Shown piece by piece: positions 11,485-24,100 of a stretch of DNA of 64,000 nucleotides; the first letter of the stretch is position 1, and each line of letters opens with the position of its first letter. Origin of the DNA: Macrostomum lignano (taxonomy: Eukaryota); the NCBI GenBank assembly GCA_002269645.1, contig NIVC01003880.1:1-64000 (forward strand). The letters are read 5' to 3'. Both the position numbers and the translations under genes were made by a program. The notes beneath the pieces were generated by a model. It did not search any database. It was not told the origin of the DNA and was given only the letters and a program-made list of their open reading frames with translations.

Positions 11485-12420
11485 TCTACCCAACCACTAC
11501 CAGTCCATCCCGACTCTACTCAACCACTCTACCATTCCACCCCTCTACCATTCCACCCCCACTCTACCATTCCCCCCACTCTACCATTCCCCCCACTCTA
11601 CCATTCCCCCCACTCTACCATTCCACCTCACTCTACCATTCCCCCCACTCTACCATTCCCCCACTCTACCATTCCCCCCACTCTACCATTCCACCCCCAC
11701 TCTACCATTCCCCCCACTCTACCATTCCACCTCACTCTACCAATCCACCCCCACTCTACCATTCCACCCCCACTCTACCATTCCCCCACTCTACCATTCC
11801 ACCCCCACTCTACCATTCCACCCCCTCTACCATTCCCCCCACTCTACCATTCCACCCCCTCTACCATTCCACCCCCACTCTACCATTCCCCCCACTCTAC
11901 CATTCCCCCCACTCTACCATTCCACCTCACTCTACCAATCCACCCCCACTCTACCATTCCACCCCCACTCTACCATTCCCCCCACTCTACCATTCCACCC
12001 CACTCTACCATTCCACCCCCACTCTACCATTCCCCCCACTCTACCATTCCACCTCACTCTACCAATCCACCCCCACTCTACCATTCCACCCCCACTCTAC
12101 CATTCCCCCCACTCTACCATTCCACCCCACTCTACCATTCCACCCCCTCTACCATTCCCCCACTCTACCATTCCACCTCACTCTACCATTCCACCCCACT
12201 CTACCATTCCACCCCCTCTACCATTCCACCCCCACTCTACCATTCCACCCCACTCTACCAATCCACCCCACTCTATCATTCCACCCCACTCTACCATTCC
12301 ATACACCCTACCATTCCACCCCATTCTACCATTTCACCCACCCCGGCCCCGATCTACCCAACCACTCTGCCATTTCACCCCACTCTACCCAACCACTCTA
12401 CCATTCCACCCACCCCTATT
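11485..12420. repeat. C-rich minisatellite, ~18-19-bp unit cactctaccattccacccc, directly 3' of the PIG-S stop codon
   Basis: Direct inspection. The G-rich strand is the PIG-S sense strand. Confidence 0.92.
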
Positions 12421-12423
12421 CCG

Positions 12424-15400
12424 CTATTCGTCTTTGGTCTTCTTGGCCTGCAGCGCCTTCAGCAGGCGGATAGCGGCCAGGCCAGATGCCATCAGGGAGA
12501 TGCCGACAGGCAGAAAGTAGGGCACATAGATGGCGTACTTCTGGTCCTGAGGAAAGTACAGCAGCTGCAGCAAGCTGTGATCGAAGAAGGCCGATTCAGA
12601 ATTTTTCAAAGCCGCTTTGCCCGCCACGAAAGCCTCAGTTAGGCCGCCGATTCTCAGATTATCCAGCGCCAGACTGAGGGCGCCAACCGAGGCGCTAATC
12701 TGGTCGGCAACTCGCTCGCTAATAACCATATTTTCCACTCGGTCCAGCAGCTGCAGCAGCGAGCGCAGGGCCAGCTTGGTCCGCGCCGCGCTCTCCAGAC
12801 TGCGCCGGCGGAGCCAGTGGCGGAGCTCCAATTGAGTTACCTGAAGATTTGGTCAAACCAATTTGCACTTCGGTCAAACAAATTTTGTGAAAAAAAATAA
12901 TATCGATTGAAATTAACCTACAATCTGCTCAAACCAATCTACAATCTGGTCATAGCAAGCTTCAATCTGCTCAAACCAATCTACAATCTGGTCATAGCAA
13001 GCTTCAATCTGGTCAAAGTAATCTACAATCTGGTCTAACCAATCTACAATCTGGTCAGAGCAAGCTTCATTCTGGCCAAAGTAATCTACAATCTGGTCTA
13101 ACCAATCTACAATCTGCTGAAACCAATCTACAATCTGGTCTAACCAATCTACAATCTGCTGAAACCAATCTACAATTGGTCTAACCAATCTACAATCTGG
13201 TCAAGCCAACCTTCAATATGTTCAAAGCAATCTTCAATTTGGTCAAAACAATCTACAATCTGGTCAGAGCAAATTCAATCTGGTCAGACCAAAAATCTGG
13301 TCAAAGTAATCTTTAATCTGGTCAAACCAATATACAATCTGGTCAAGCTAACCTTCAATCTGCTCAAAGCAATCTACAATACACCCAGGCCAGCAACAGA
13401 GCACCCTCACCTGACTGTATCCTGGCGGCTCCAAAGGCAGGTAAATCCTTGGCAGCTGTCTGCGCAGTCCCAGAAGAGCTTTTAGCTGCGGCAGCAGGCC
13501 CGCCATCGCCTCGGTCATGTTGACCCGGTGCCGACCGTTGGGCCAGCTCTCGCCAGACGGCGGATTATAAAAGTACACGCCGCCCCAGCGGGCGCTCACC
13601 AGAGCGTTGACGCTGACAGGCCGACCGTCGGGTCCGTAGAGTCGCAGCGGTGAATGCGCGGCTGGTGGCACGTAGATTAGCAGGCTGAGCTGTGGATTCG
13701 AACTCACGGCTGTCTGGACGTAGGGCTCCAGGCTGTTTAGTAAGTCTGGCAGAGCTGACTCATCGTAATAGTAGTGGCTGCCGTCTGAGGATCTGGGCGA
13801 TCGAGACAGGGATGCTGACGACAATGATTGAAGAGTCTTAAGGGCTCTCGTGAGACTCTCACTCTCCACTTATCTCATTAGTGAGACTCTCACTCTCCAC
13901 TTATCTCATTAGTGAGACTCTCACTCTCCACTTAATCTCATTAGTGAGACTCTCACTCTCCACTTATCTCATTAGTGAGACTCTCACTCTCCACTTATCT
14001 CATTAGTGAGACTCTCACTCTCCACTTAATCTCATTAGTGAGACTCTCACTCTCCACTTATCTCATTAGTGAGACTCTCACTCTCCACTTAATCTCATTA
14101 GTGAGACTCTCACTCTCCACTTATCTCATTAGTGAGACTCTCACTCTCCACTTATCTCATTTGTGAGACTCTCACTCACCACTTAATCTCATTAGTGAGA
14201 CTCTCACTCTCCACTTATCTCATTAGTGAGAGTCTCACTCTCCACTTATCTCATCAAATAGACACTATTACTTTACTTCTCTCATCAATAAACAGCAAAG
14301 CGAACCTCTTAGGTGGTCGATGGAAGGTCACGTGATGCACGATCTGGGATCGAACCGACAAGTTCACGTAGCGACTCAGTCGAGCCAGAAACGGGTCCAG
14401 CAGCAGCCTGACGGCTTCCTGCACGTCCCAGCTCAGCCGGCGCTGGCTCGAAGGCTGGCTGTGCACCAGGCTCAGCACGATGTCGTAGGCCGGCGCAGCG
14501 CCCGCCTGGCGGCGCGAATCGGCGCTGGACAGTCGCTGGTCGCCAATAGCGCTGGCGTAGGATTCTTCCAGGCCGTCGACGTCCAGTAGGACTCGGGTGA
14601 CGATTCGCTCGATTTTGTCGCGAATCTCCTTGATGCCAGCGCCGCTGCTCAGGTAGACGCAGCCAGACTCGCGAACGTAGCCGCGTCTGTTTGATGTGAC
14701 ATGAGGCCTGTGGCGATTCTCAGGGCTGGATTGGGGCGATTCTCAGGGTTGGATTGGGGCGATTCTCAGGGTTGGATTGGGGCGATTCTCAAGGTTGGAT
14801 TGAGGCGATTCTCAGGGTTGGATTGGGGCGATTCTCAGGCTTGGATTGGGGCGATTCTCAGGGTTGGATTGGGGCGATTCTCAGGGTTGGATTGGGGCGA
14901 TTCTCAAGGTTGGATTGAGGCGATTCTCAGGGTTGGATTGGGGCGATTCTCAGGCTTGGATTGGGGCGATTCTCAGGGTTGGATAGAGGCGATTCTCAGG
15001 GTTGGATTGGGGCGATTCTCAGGCTTGGATTGGGGCGATTCTCAGGGTTGGATAGAGGCGATTCTCAGGGTTGGATTGGGGCGATTCTCAGGCTTGGATT
15101 GGGGCGATTCTCAGGGTTGGATTGAGGCGATTCTCAGGGTTGGATTGGGGCGATTCTCAGGCTTGGATTGGGGCGATTCTCAGGGTTGGATTGAGGCGAT
15201 TCTCAGGGTTGGATTGGGGCGATTCTCAGGCTTGGATTGGGGCGATTCTCAGGGTTGGATTGGGGCGATTCTCACCATTTGATTGGGGCGATTCTTAGGG
15301 TTGGATTGGGGCGATTCTCAGGGTTGGATTGGGGCGATTCTCAGGGTTGGATTGGGGCGATTCTCAGGGTTGGATTGAGGCGATTCTCAGGGCTGGATTG

Positions 15401-17714
15401 GGGCGATTCTCAGCCAATCTCAGGGCTGGATTGGGGCGATTCTCAGGGTTGGATTGAGGCGATTCTCAGGGTTGGATTGAGGCGATTCTCAGGGTTGGAT
15501 TGGGGCGATTCTCAGGTTTGGATTGGGGCGATTCTCAGGGTTGGATTGAGGCGATTCTCAGGGCTGGATTGGGGCGATTCTCAGGGTTGGATTGGGGCGA
15601 TTCTCAGGGTTGGATTGGGCGATTTTCAGGGTTGGATTGGGGCGATTCTCAGGGTTGGATTGGGGCGATTCTCAGTGTCGGATTGGGGCGATTCTCAGGG
15701 TTGGATTGGGGCGATTCTCAGAGTTGGATTGGGCGATTCTCAGGGTTGGATTGGGCGATTCTCAGGGTTGGATTGAGGCGATTCTCAGGGTTGGATTGGG
15801 GCGATTCTCAGGTTTGGATTGGGGCGATTCTCAGTGTCGGATTGGGGCGATTCTCAGGGTTGGATTGGGGCGATTTTCAGGGTTGGATTAGGGCCATTTT
15901 CACGGTTATATTGGGGCGATTCTCAGAGTTGGATTGAGGCGATTCTCAGGGTTGGATTGGGCGATTCTCAGGGTTGGATTGGGCGATTCTCAGGTTGGAT
16001 TGGGGCGATTTTCAGGGTTGGATTAGGGCCATTCTCACGGTTATATTGGGGCGATTCTCAGAGTTGGATTGAGGCGATTCTCAGGGTTGGATTGGGCGAT
16101 TCTCAGGGTTGGATTGGGCGATTCTCAGGGTTGGATTGGGGCGATTCTCACCATTTGATTGGGGCGATTCTTAGGGTTGGATTGGGGCGATTCTCACCAT
16201 TTGATTGGGGCGATTCTTAGGGTTGGATTGGGGCGATTCTCAGGGTTGGATTGGGGCGATTCTCAGGGTTGGATTGGGGCGATTCTCAGGGCGGATATGG
16301 GCGATTCTCAGGGCGGATACGGGCGATTCTCAGGGCGGATATGGGCGATTCTTAGGGCGGATCGGGGTGATTCTCACCATTTGATTGGGGCGATTTTCAC
16401 GGTTGGATCGGGGCGATTCTCAAAGCGGATTTGGGCGATTCTCCGAGCAGATTCGGGCGATTCTCAGAGTCAAAGCGGATTGAAGCGATTCTTATATGAA
16501 CAACAAAAGCAATTTTCATAACTGAAAAGGGCAATTTTCATGAACACTTCATGGATGCCTCGATCTCCGCTCTCTCCCTCTCTCACTCAACTCACCTGCC
16601 GTTGCCGCCGCCGCCCCCCACGGAAGCCGGCGGTTCCAGCAGGCGAGACGAATTCGGCAGCAGCAAAATCGTCAGCATCGATTCCGCAGACGCAGCCCCG
16701 CCGCCACCACTGCTGGGAGACGCCGATCGAAGCAGGCCGTCTTCAAGCTCGGCAGCCGAGCCTGCAGACCGCATCAGTTCGGTCTCGTGCGGAGTGGCCG
16801 GCCTGACAGTCGCTCTGTAGCGCAGCTGCACGTGACGCCGCCTGTCCAGCCCGGCTGGCACCAGGCGGTCCAGCAGCTGCCGCTCCAGGCTGGCCAAGTC
16901 GCCGGGCTCAAGCCACGGATCGAAGCTCAGAACGCGCAGGTCCACCTTCAATCAGTGGAAGGTGTGGATACGGTGACTATTTCCATGTAGTTTCCTGGTA
17001 GTTCTGCCGATTGCACTCATACACACGCTCACACAGGGTGTACTGGCAGGTACTAGCTTGTTAGCACGCTCACTCTTGACTGTTGCACCCCTAGACTCTT
17101 TCAAAAATCTCCTGAACACTTGAATTTGAACCTTGCTTGATAATAATTATAATAACTTATTACACCTGCCGCAATTGAGCCAGATGTGCAACCGACAGCT
17201 CAGCCGCAGCTATTGCGCGGCGCATCTGAAGGCTGCGTACGGCTGTTCAGTCCAAGGACTGGGGGGTCGCCACACACAGCCTCAATTACCCCAGCTAATG
17301 CTGGCACCCATTTTACAGCTGGGTGAGCTGAAGCAATGCAGAGTGAAGTGTCTTGCTCAAGGACACAGATAGTTCCGAGTGAGTCAAGAATCGAACCCCC
17401 GACCTTCAAGTCGTGAGTCCGACGCTCTGACCACTAGGCTACAACCCCTGTATTATTGCTTCATAGCACAGGTCCCAGAGTCAGACGCGTCTGAGTTAGT
17501 TATCTGAGAACCTCACCTGCAGCTCTGGCTGTCGGTAATACAGACGGCTGATCTCGTCAGCTGGCAGTGGGTGTCTCTCAATGGTTGTCAGATGCCACCA
17601 GACTGGCACAAACAGCAGGCCAAACAGCAGGAATGCCAGGCTGGCATAGGCCGTACGCTTGGCTTCATCAATGCTGGGCGCTAGACGCTTGAGCTCTGCC
17701 TCGTCAACTAGCAT
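12424..17714 (-). CDS. PIGS: GPI transamidase subunit PIG-S. Exons 17714-17517, 16945-16596, 14686-14306, 13792-13411, 12840-12424, ~575 aa
   Basis: All junctions are GT-AG and phase-consistent (1728 nt). N-terminal TM segment LLFGLLFVPVWWHLTTIERHPLP; YDIVLSLV...WDVQEAVRLLLDPFL; C-terminal FFDHSLLQLLYFPQDQKYAIYVPYFLP + TM, as in PIG-S/GPI17. Confidence 0.95.
12905..13380. repeat. Degenerate 21-bp minisatellite (aatctacaatctggtctaacc) in PIG-S intron 4
   Basis: 7-aa periodic ORF QIVDWFQ; direct inspection. Confidence 0.85.
13848..14255. repeat. 31-32-bp minisatellite (ttatctcattagtgagactctcactctccac) in PIG-S intron 3
   Basis: Direct inspection; each unit contains the inverted repeat gtgag-act-ctcac. 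Confidence 0.92.
14712..16495. repeat. 23-24-bp minisatellite (gggcgattctcagggttggattg) filling PIG-S intron 2
   Basis: Direct inspection; the core ggcgattctc is the reverse complement of GAGAATCGCC. Confidence 0.95.
17162..17445 (-). mobile_element. tRNA-derived SINE, near full length, in PIG-S intron 1
   Basis: Minus strand: A box tagcctagtgg, B box ggttcgattct, shared body cacccagctgtaaaatgggtgcc and a TTA-rich tail at ~17140-17161. Confidence 0.88.
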
Positions 17715-17917
17715 TGTGTTTGCACTTCTATTCTTGATGTGAAATAAAAACTGCAGAAGTATATCCCAACGTGTAACATTCATTTTTTAGAATGGAAATA
17801 ATATTACTTAGACATGAATGATAAGTATTTTAGCATTTCTAGGCATCTTTAAAGCCTCATAATTAATTCAACTTGAACAATGAAATAGACTAGGGCCAAA
17901 TAATATAAGTATTGATT

Positions 17918-18112
17918 ACACCTGCCCCAAATTGGGCCAGATGTGCAACCAACAGCTAGTAGCTTTTTTATGGCACTTCTGAAGGCTGCATATAGCTGTT
18001 CAGTCCATGGACTAGGGGGTCTTACATATACCCTAAAGTACCCCTAATGCTGGTGCCAATTTTATAGCTGGGTGATCTGAAGCAATGCACAGTTAAGTGT
18101 GTTACTCAAGGC
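17918..18112 (-). mobile_element. Degenerate SINE body, same family, tRNA head missing
   Basis: acacctgcc...cagatgtgcaacc...gaaggctgc...gctgttcagtcc...aatgctgg...gctgggtga...gaagcaatgca aligns with the 17162 copy. Confidence 0.7.
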
Positions 18113-21100
18113 TCTTGCTCTAGGCTAGAGCCAAAATGATTCCCAACTTTTTTGTATCATCTTTAACTTTTACTAGGAGATTATGGTTTTTTATGCGTAT
18201 ATATTCCATTTAAATAGAGATAGGCCTAGTGTTTATGACTTGAAAATTTAAAAATGGTTAAAATATCATAAAGAAAAGAACTGCATACTAATATAAATAG
18301 TTTTTACTAAATTGAATTATTTTACTAAATTGCTATAGTTCTATTAAATAATCTAGTAACAGAACCTAAAACTCTTCTTTCTAGTTAATTATAGATCTTT
18401 TAGCAAAAATACAAATGAGACTAGTCAATCAGTTCAATCTTTAGAATTTTACAAACAAACAAACAGATCTTAGACATTAAGTAGATAGTAGATATATGGA
18501 TAGATAGAAATCTATAAAAAGCAATTGACTATGCAGTCAGTCAGTCAGCCAAGGTCAAAATGTATTTATGCAGCCATTGAACATTTTTGGCAATCCTCTA
18601 GTTTCATACTTAATTATTTTTCCAACTTAAAAAAATTGAATGAAGTTTTAACAAAATTAAACAATAGTTAGTAAATTTGTTGTCACATTTGGTTGCATTA
18701 GATATCATAGTAGTGCGCCATATATAAAAGTATATTGCTATTGCCAAAGGTGTTGCACAGTTGGCAATGTACCATAGGCCTAGAAATTGCAACAGCATTG
18801 CAGGTTGAACATTGCAATTGGAATTATGCTAGTAGGTGCTACAAGGCATCTAGCCATGATAAAAAAGAGTTGTTACTCAAGATTAATAATCAAGATTGCT
18901 CAAGAAAGCAAGCAAGGCAATAAATCCCTCAGAATCCCAGTCCCTCCAACCTCAGTCCTTTTTAAAAAATAGGGAGCTATTGCAGGTTTTCACCATAGCC
19001 CATAGAGTCATAGACATAACTTTTAGCCATCTCAAACTAGTAGGCCTAATAACTAGGCCTATAAACATATCAATGTTTGCCATCTCACTACCATGTCTTA
19101 TACTTGTGCGAGTTCAAATATTTACTGGTGGTAACTAACAAAGTTGCTATTTTTGAAAAAATAATTAAATGTGCAAAACTTGAGGATTGCCCTTTTTTCT
19201 TTTGTATATAGGCAATATATAACAGTATTTCTGTTGAGGCCTATATAATAGAAAGAGAAAAGTTGTGGCTCAATTTTTATCAGAATATGAGTTGAACCAA
19301 TCAAGAATTTAACCTTGTTTGGCTTTTCATTGAAAGCATAGGGATTTAAACTCATCTTTTGAATATTTTACACATTGGCTTTATATCATTACGACATTAA
19401 AGCAGGTTAAAATAATATATAATGGTATTTATTTCAGATAATTACAAATCCTTTGGCAAAAATGCCAACAGATTCATCAAAATTGATTAATTGGTTAAAT
19501 GTTTATAATAATAATTTACCTATTGGCTATTGCTATAAATTATTTTTCGAACACCCTTTACTTTGTTATTTCTTATTAATATATAGCCAACTTATTTATT
19601 AGCCACACTTTTAAGCGACACTTTAAATCACTTAGGTAAAATCACAAAACCATTTCTGTCAAACAATTGGCAAGCGCAATGTGACGCATGACAGCCAGAC
19701 AAACGACTTGAAACGAGTAGGGCCGGTGGGTCGTTCTCAAAGTTTAGTCGTAAGCAGTGAAACAAATATTTTTGAAAATCAGCCTGAAATATTGAATCTT
19801 TTCTTATTTTAGCTCTAAAAGGACTTAAAAAATATATGCCTCTCATGGGTCTTAATCTTTTTTTAACATTAAACTTTTGATGTTAATCTCATCAGAGTGC
19901 GCTATTTCATTTTTTGATATATATTTTTATTATCGCACGAGCTATAATACCTACTTTAGAGAAGCTACATTCTGTTCACGTGGTCTTATTAAAGAAGAAA
20001 ATTGATAAATGTTATTTATAACTTTGGTTAGCACAACCTAGAACCCATTTAACTCTTTCGATTGCAAAGCAGATGTTGCTATTTCGATTTTTGCTAGAAA
20101 CGTAACATTATGAATGATTAAAAAATCCACTTTTAATTAATTTGTTCTGTTGATAGAATAAGCTAATAGCTGCGTTTTCTGCTGTTTTTTTAAGAAAGAT
20201 AGTCATATCTAACACTAAAGTATCAATTAAGGCAGTTTCATTCTATATTAAAAAAGAAAAGTTAAATAAATTCAATTTTAAGTTTTTTTCAATAGCACAA
20301 AATTAACCTAACAAAGAGAGATTTCGCTGACTACAACAAAGCAAGTAGCACCAAAGTTATTTTAATTTAAAGTCCTCATCTGTGGGATGAGAAAAAGTAC
20401 CACTTTTTGTCCCTAGTTATGAAAAAAAATGTTCTCAGCACATTGTTAGGTTTTTTGGATGTTTTTTATGTACGCTCGTATTTAGATGAATTTTTGCTAT
20501 TGATCACCCAATATGTTAGTCAAAACAAACAGAATTTGATTTATGTGGATAAAATTGACTATTTTTCTCTTAAAAACAGTCGTTTTTTGTTGTTTTCACA
20601 CAATTTTTTTAACTGATTTAAAATTTGTATTGTAAGTTACAAGTAAACATAATGAGTCAAAACAAGAGGTAGTAGAAACTGAAAAGAAAATAAGAGTAAC
20701 GAATAATAAAAAAAGTTGCATGATTTGATTAGTCAAGAAATAGTATTAAAACAATTTTGTATCTGATTTATTATCAATGAAATTAGCTGTCTGAAGCACA
20801 AAAAATTAATTTCTTTGAAATATTAAATTCATTCTCATATGTTCTGCAATTCATTAAAGATATACATGTAGCAACTTAAACATTCAGTTGATACTTTCCA
20901 CCTTTGGATGCATATAGCTACTAACAAGAAAAAAGATAAAAGAAAAAACTTAATTGCCATTGATGCTGGCAATGTAATATTAAATATGGTACAGAAAGAT
21001 GGAATCTCTACAGAGTGCTGCCACACGAATTTTTGAAGTGTTTAACAGATAAGTCATGGCAGTACCATAACAGACATACTATATTTTATATTACTCTTCG

Positions 21101-24100
21101 ATTGCCAATTACGCTTTAGATATGTTTTAGATGATGATTTTCCATTGGGACTGACTCTATATACCGAGGCCAGACACAGTTAAGTGCGGCTGACAGCACT
21201 GAAGCGGCGGTTAACAGAGAATGCGATGAGCTGTGGCCTGTGGAGACAGCCAGCTGATGTACGAGCATCAGTAGAAGGGAAAGACATCCAATAGTGTCTT
21301 GCTATTGGTTTGTTACATGTACAGCGAACATCTACTTTTATTCTAATGTGATCGATTTAATTCTACTGACCCAATTGGCTAAAGCACTGTAAACTGCACA
21401 CCTCTCGGACGGATATGTAATGCCATTTGCTGCACTTTTACCTGTTTCTCTGCCAGAACACCAGCATCATTGTATGTGCCACAATTGCTAAGATGTGCAG
21501 TAGTCCTTTGGATGTGGTTAGTTCTGCAGGCATCGACGTAATTTATCAAATGAGACGAATTGTATACCGAGCATGACAGCTAGTGCAGGGCCAGAATCGA
21601 TTACAGAGGTTCGCCAGAGCAATTGCAGTGATCCATGTGGCTGCCGAGTCAGACGTCTGTAATAGGCTAATTAACTTACCAAGACCAAAGTATTTAATTT
21701 AAATTTATAAGCTGTTATTTTAGTAGTTATGCAGCCTAATTACATAAGAAAATAGTATAGTAAAATAGTAAAATAGTATTAAAGCTATGTTGCAGAATAT
21801 AAATGCTTGCTGAATTATTTTTTTAAAAAACGCAAGTCTGTTCGAAAAAAGATGCATGCATTTTAGGTTTTAAAGAAATGGCTTCCTAGCTCGTTAACTA
21901 TATATATTCTAATTCAAAAAAACTTTTAATGCTTTAAAAGACATATTTTGCAAGCCTAATTTTTAGCTAAACCAGTTTTGTATATTTTAAGCTTCATATT
22001 TCGGTGTTTAAGTACAATAATTAAGTTCTTGAGTGGTACAATATCAATTATTTCGGGTGTTTCTTGTTACGCGATAATTTTAAATACAAGCAATTTATAC
22101 GAAAAAAACAAAATGTTGATTTAAAAATAACATTTTCTATTGAAATAATACTTATTAAATAGTAAACATAGAATAAAAGATGTATCTAATTCATAAAAAA
22201 TAAAAGAAAACTTGCATTATTTCACAATTTTTGGTCGTTTTATTTTCCGTTGCGAAAAATAACAAATTGCTAGATTTCGTCTTAAATATTTGGTTTCTTG
22301 TGGTTCTAACGGCAGTTTTTTAATTAAATTGACGAAAGAATCGTTTTTGCAAAATAATTACTTTATTCAAAAACTTTTTTTTCTGTACCAAAACACGGTT
22401 AAAGTCAAAACTGGGGAGTCAGAAAATGTAGAAAAAAATTTGTTGTATCAATTGGTAATTTTTTATACAATTTTTTATATTTCCGTTAAGTGGTCTCAAA
22501 AAAACATTTTTAAAGCACAAAATACACCTCTTAATAAATTTCCTACCCATTTGTTAATCTTTACTTTTACGGAACTGTACGGACGCAGAATCAGAAACTA
22601 AATAAAGTATTATAAAAATAAATGTTTTATACAAACCCGTAAAAGTAGTTTTTATCTAAAAAAAATGAGGTAAATATTGCAATAGATATTTTTTAAATAA
22701 ATATTAGGCTGGATTTTGTTAAACTGCTTACTTTGTTTACGTCGCGCCTGTTTGTGTTCTGAAATACTCTCGTTAATTTAGTTATCAGTTTCATGTTAAT
22801 AAGTACTTTATTTATTATTGATGTTTGGCCTGGTTCTTTTTACGGATGTGAAATATCAGCAAACTTTTTTGGATTGAATTAAATATGAGATTTAGATATT
22901 GATTACTGACTTCTGTATTTCAAGCATTGCAAACGTCTAGCATCAATTTTCTGCTTATCTATCTAATTCATGAACAATAATCGATCGAGGATTCTAGATA
23001 TATGCTTTATTTTATAAGCCACGGCTTATGAATAGGCAAATGACTCATGAGACTGAGGTTTAAATAATTTTACTGAATAGAATGACAAATAAAGGTGTCT
23101 ATCAAGTTTTTTTATAAAATAGCTTTATCCACCCACGCTCTTGTTTAACTATATTTTTGTTCTGAGGCATAATTTGTAGTCTAGTTCAGATTGCTATTTA
23201 TATTTAACTGTCCGTGTCTTAGGCCTATTTTATTTTTTGCTAATGACGTAGTAATAAAAAATATAATGTAAATATAAATTTTTGTACAGCTTTACAGCTT
23301 AGAATTACTTCGAAACTGATATATGCTTTTTTATAAAAGCCATTAGGCCTTAGCTAAGTGATAATCTACCTTATGATTACTGATAATGATACTGTTTATT
23401 ATAGCCATCACTATGCACTTTGAAGTATATATATAATTTAAATTGCTAAATAATTAACAAGTAGCAAGTAAAACAGGTAATAACTTTTTTTAAACTTTAA
23501 CTTTATAGTTTCATATAATTTGCAATGTAAAAAGCTATATAAAATGTGACTTGCACTATTCTTTAAAATGTATAATTGCAATATGTTTTCATTTGCATTA
23601 TTTGTTACATTTATTTCATTTAAAACTCACATTATGAGCTTTAAGAACTTAGAACATGTTAAAAGTTAAAAATGCAAAACCTGATATATTTGCTTTTTAA
23701 AAAATTAGAAAATAGCAATATTTTATTATATATTTTATTGTTTACAAACTGGCTTTAAATGCCTAGCAGGAGTGTTTCCTTTTATACTATTGTATATTTA
23801 ATATACCAATAAATTCTTAACTTGCTTTAGTAGAAGTTTTTTAGACTTAAATGTAAGTAAAATATGTTAAATGTTTTTCACTTTAATTCATGCCATGCCA
23901 GGACTTCTTTGGGAGATCTTCTCAGCTGCATTTTATGATATGCCTTTCATTCTGAGCTCTAAACCTGAGGCCTTACTTAAACAATGAAACTGGTGGACTT
24001 GCTATATGTTACCTTTACATTTGGTTGAGTGAGTCTAGTGCTTTCTCCATGAACCAACCTGATCTGTCTGAGCAACCTGTTGCAATGTTGGCGACTCCTG

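Noticed and set aside
11393-12520. 375-aa Pro/His-rich ORF
   Set aside because: Translation of the C-rich minisatellite, antisense to the PIG-S 3' end.
14701-16521. CRISPR-like or repeat-protein reading of the GAGAATCGCC arrays (also 30.2-34.2 kb and 36.2-37.6 kb)
   Set aside because: The linkers are near-identical rather than unique spacers, there are no cas genes, the context is eukaryotic, and the 14.7-16.5 kb array lies in a PIG-S intron.
17341-17445. Possible tRNA gene
   Set aside because: A and B boxes are present, but they continue into a shared SINE body found four times and lack a proper acceptor stem.
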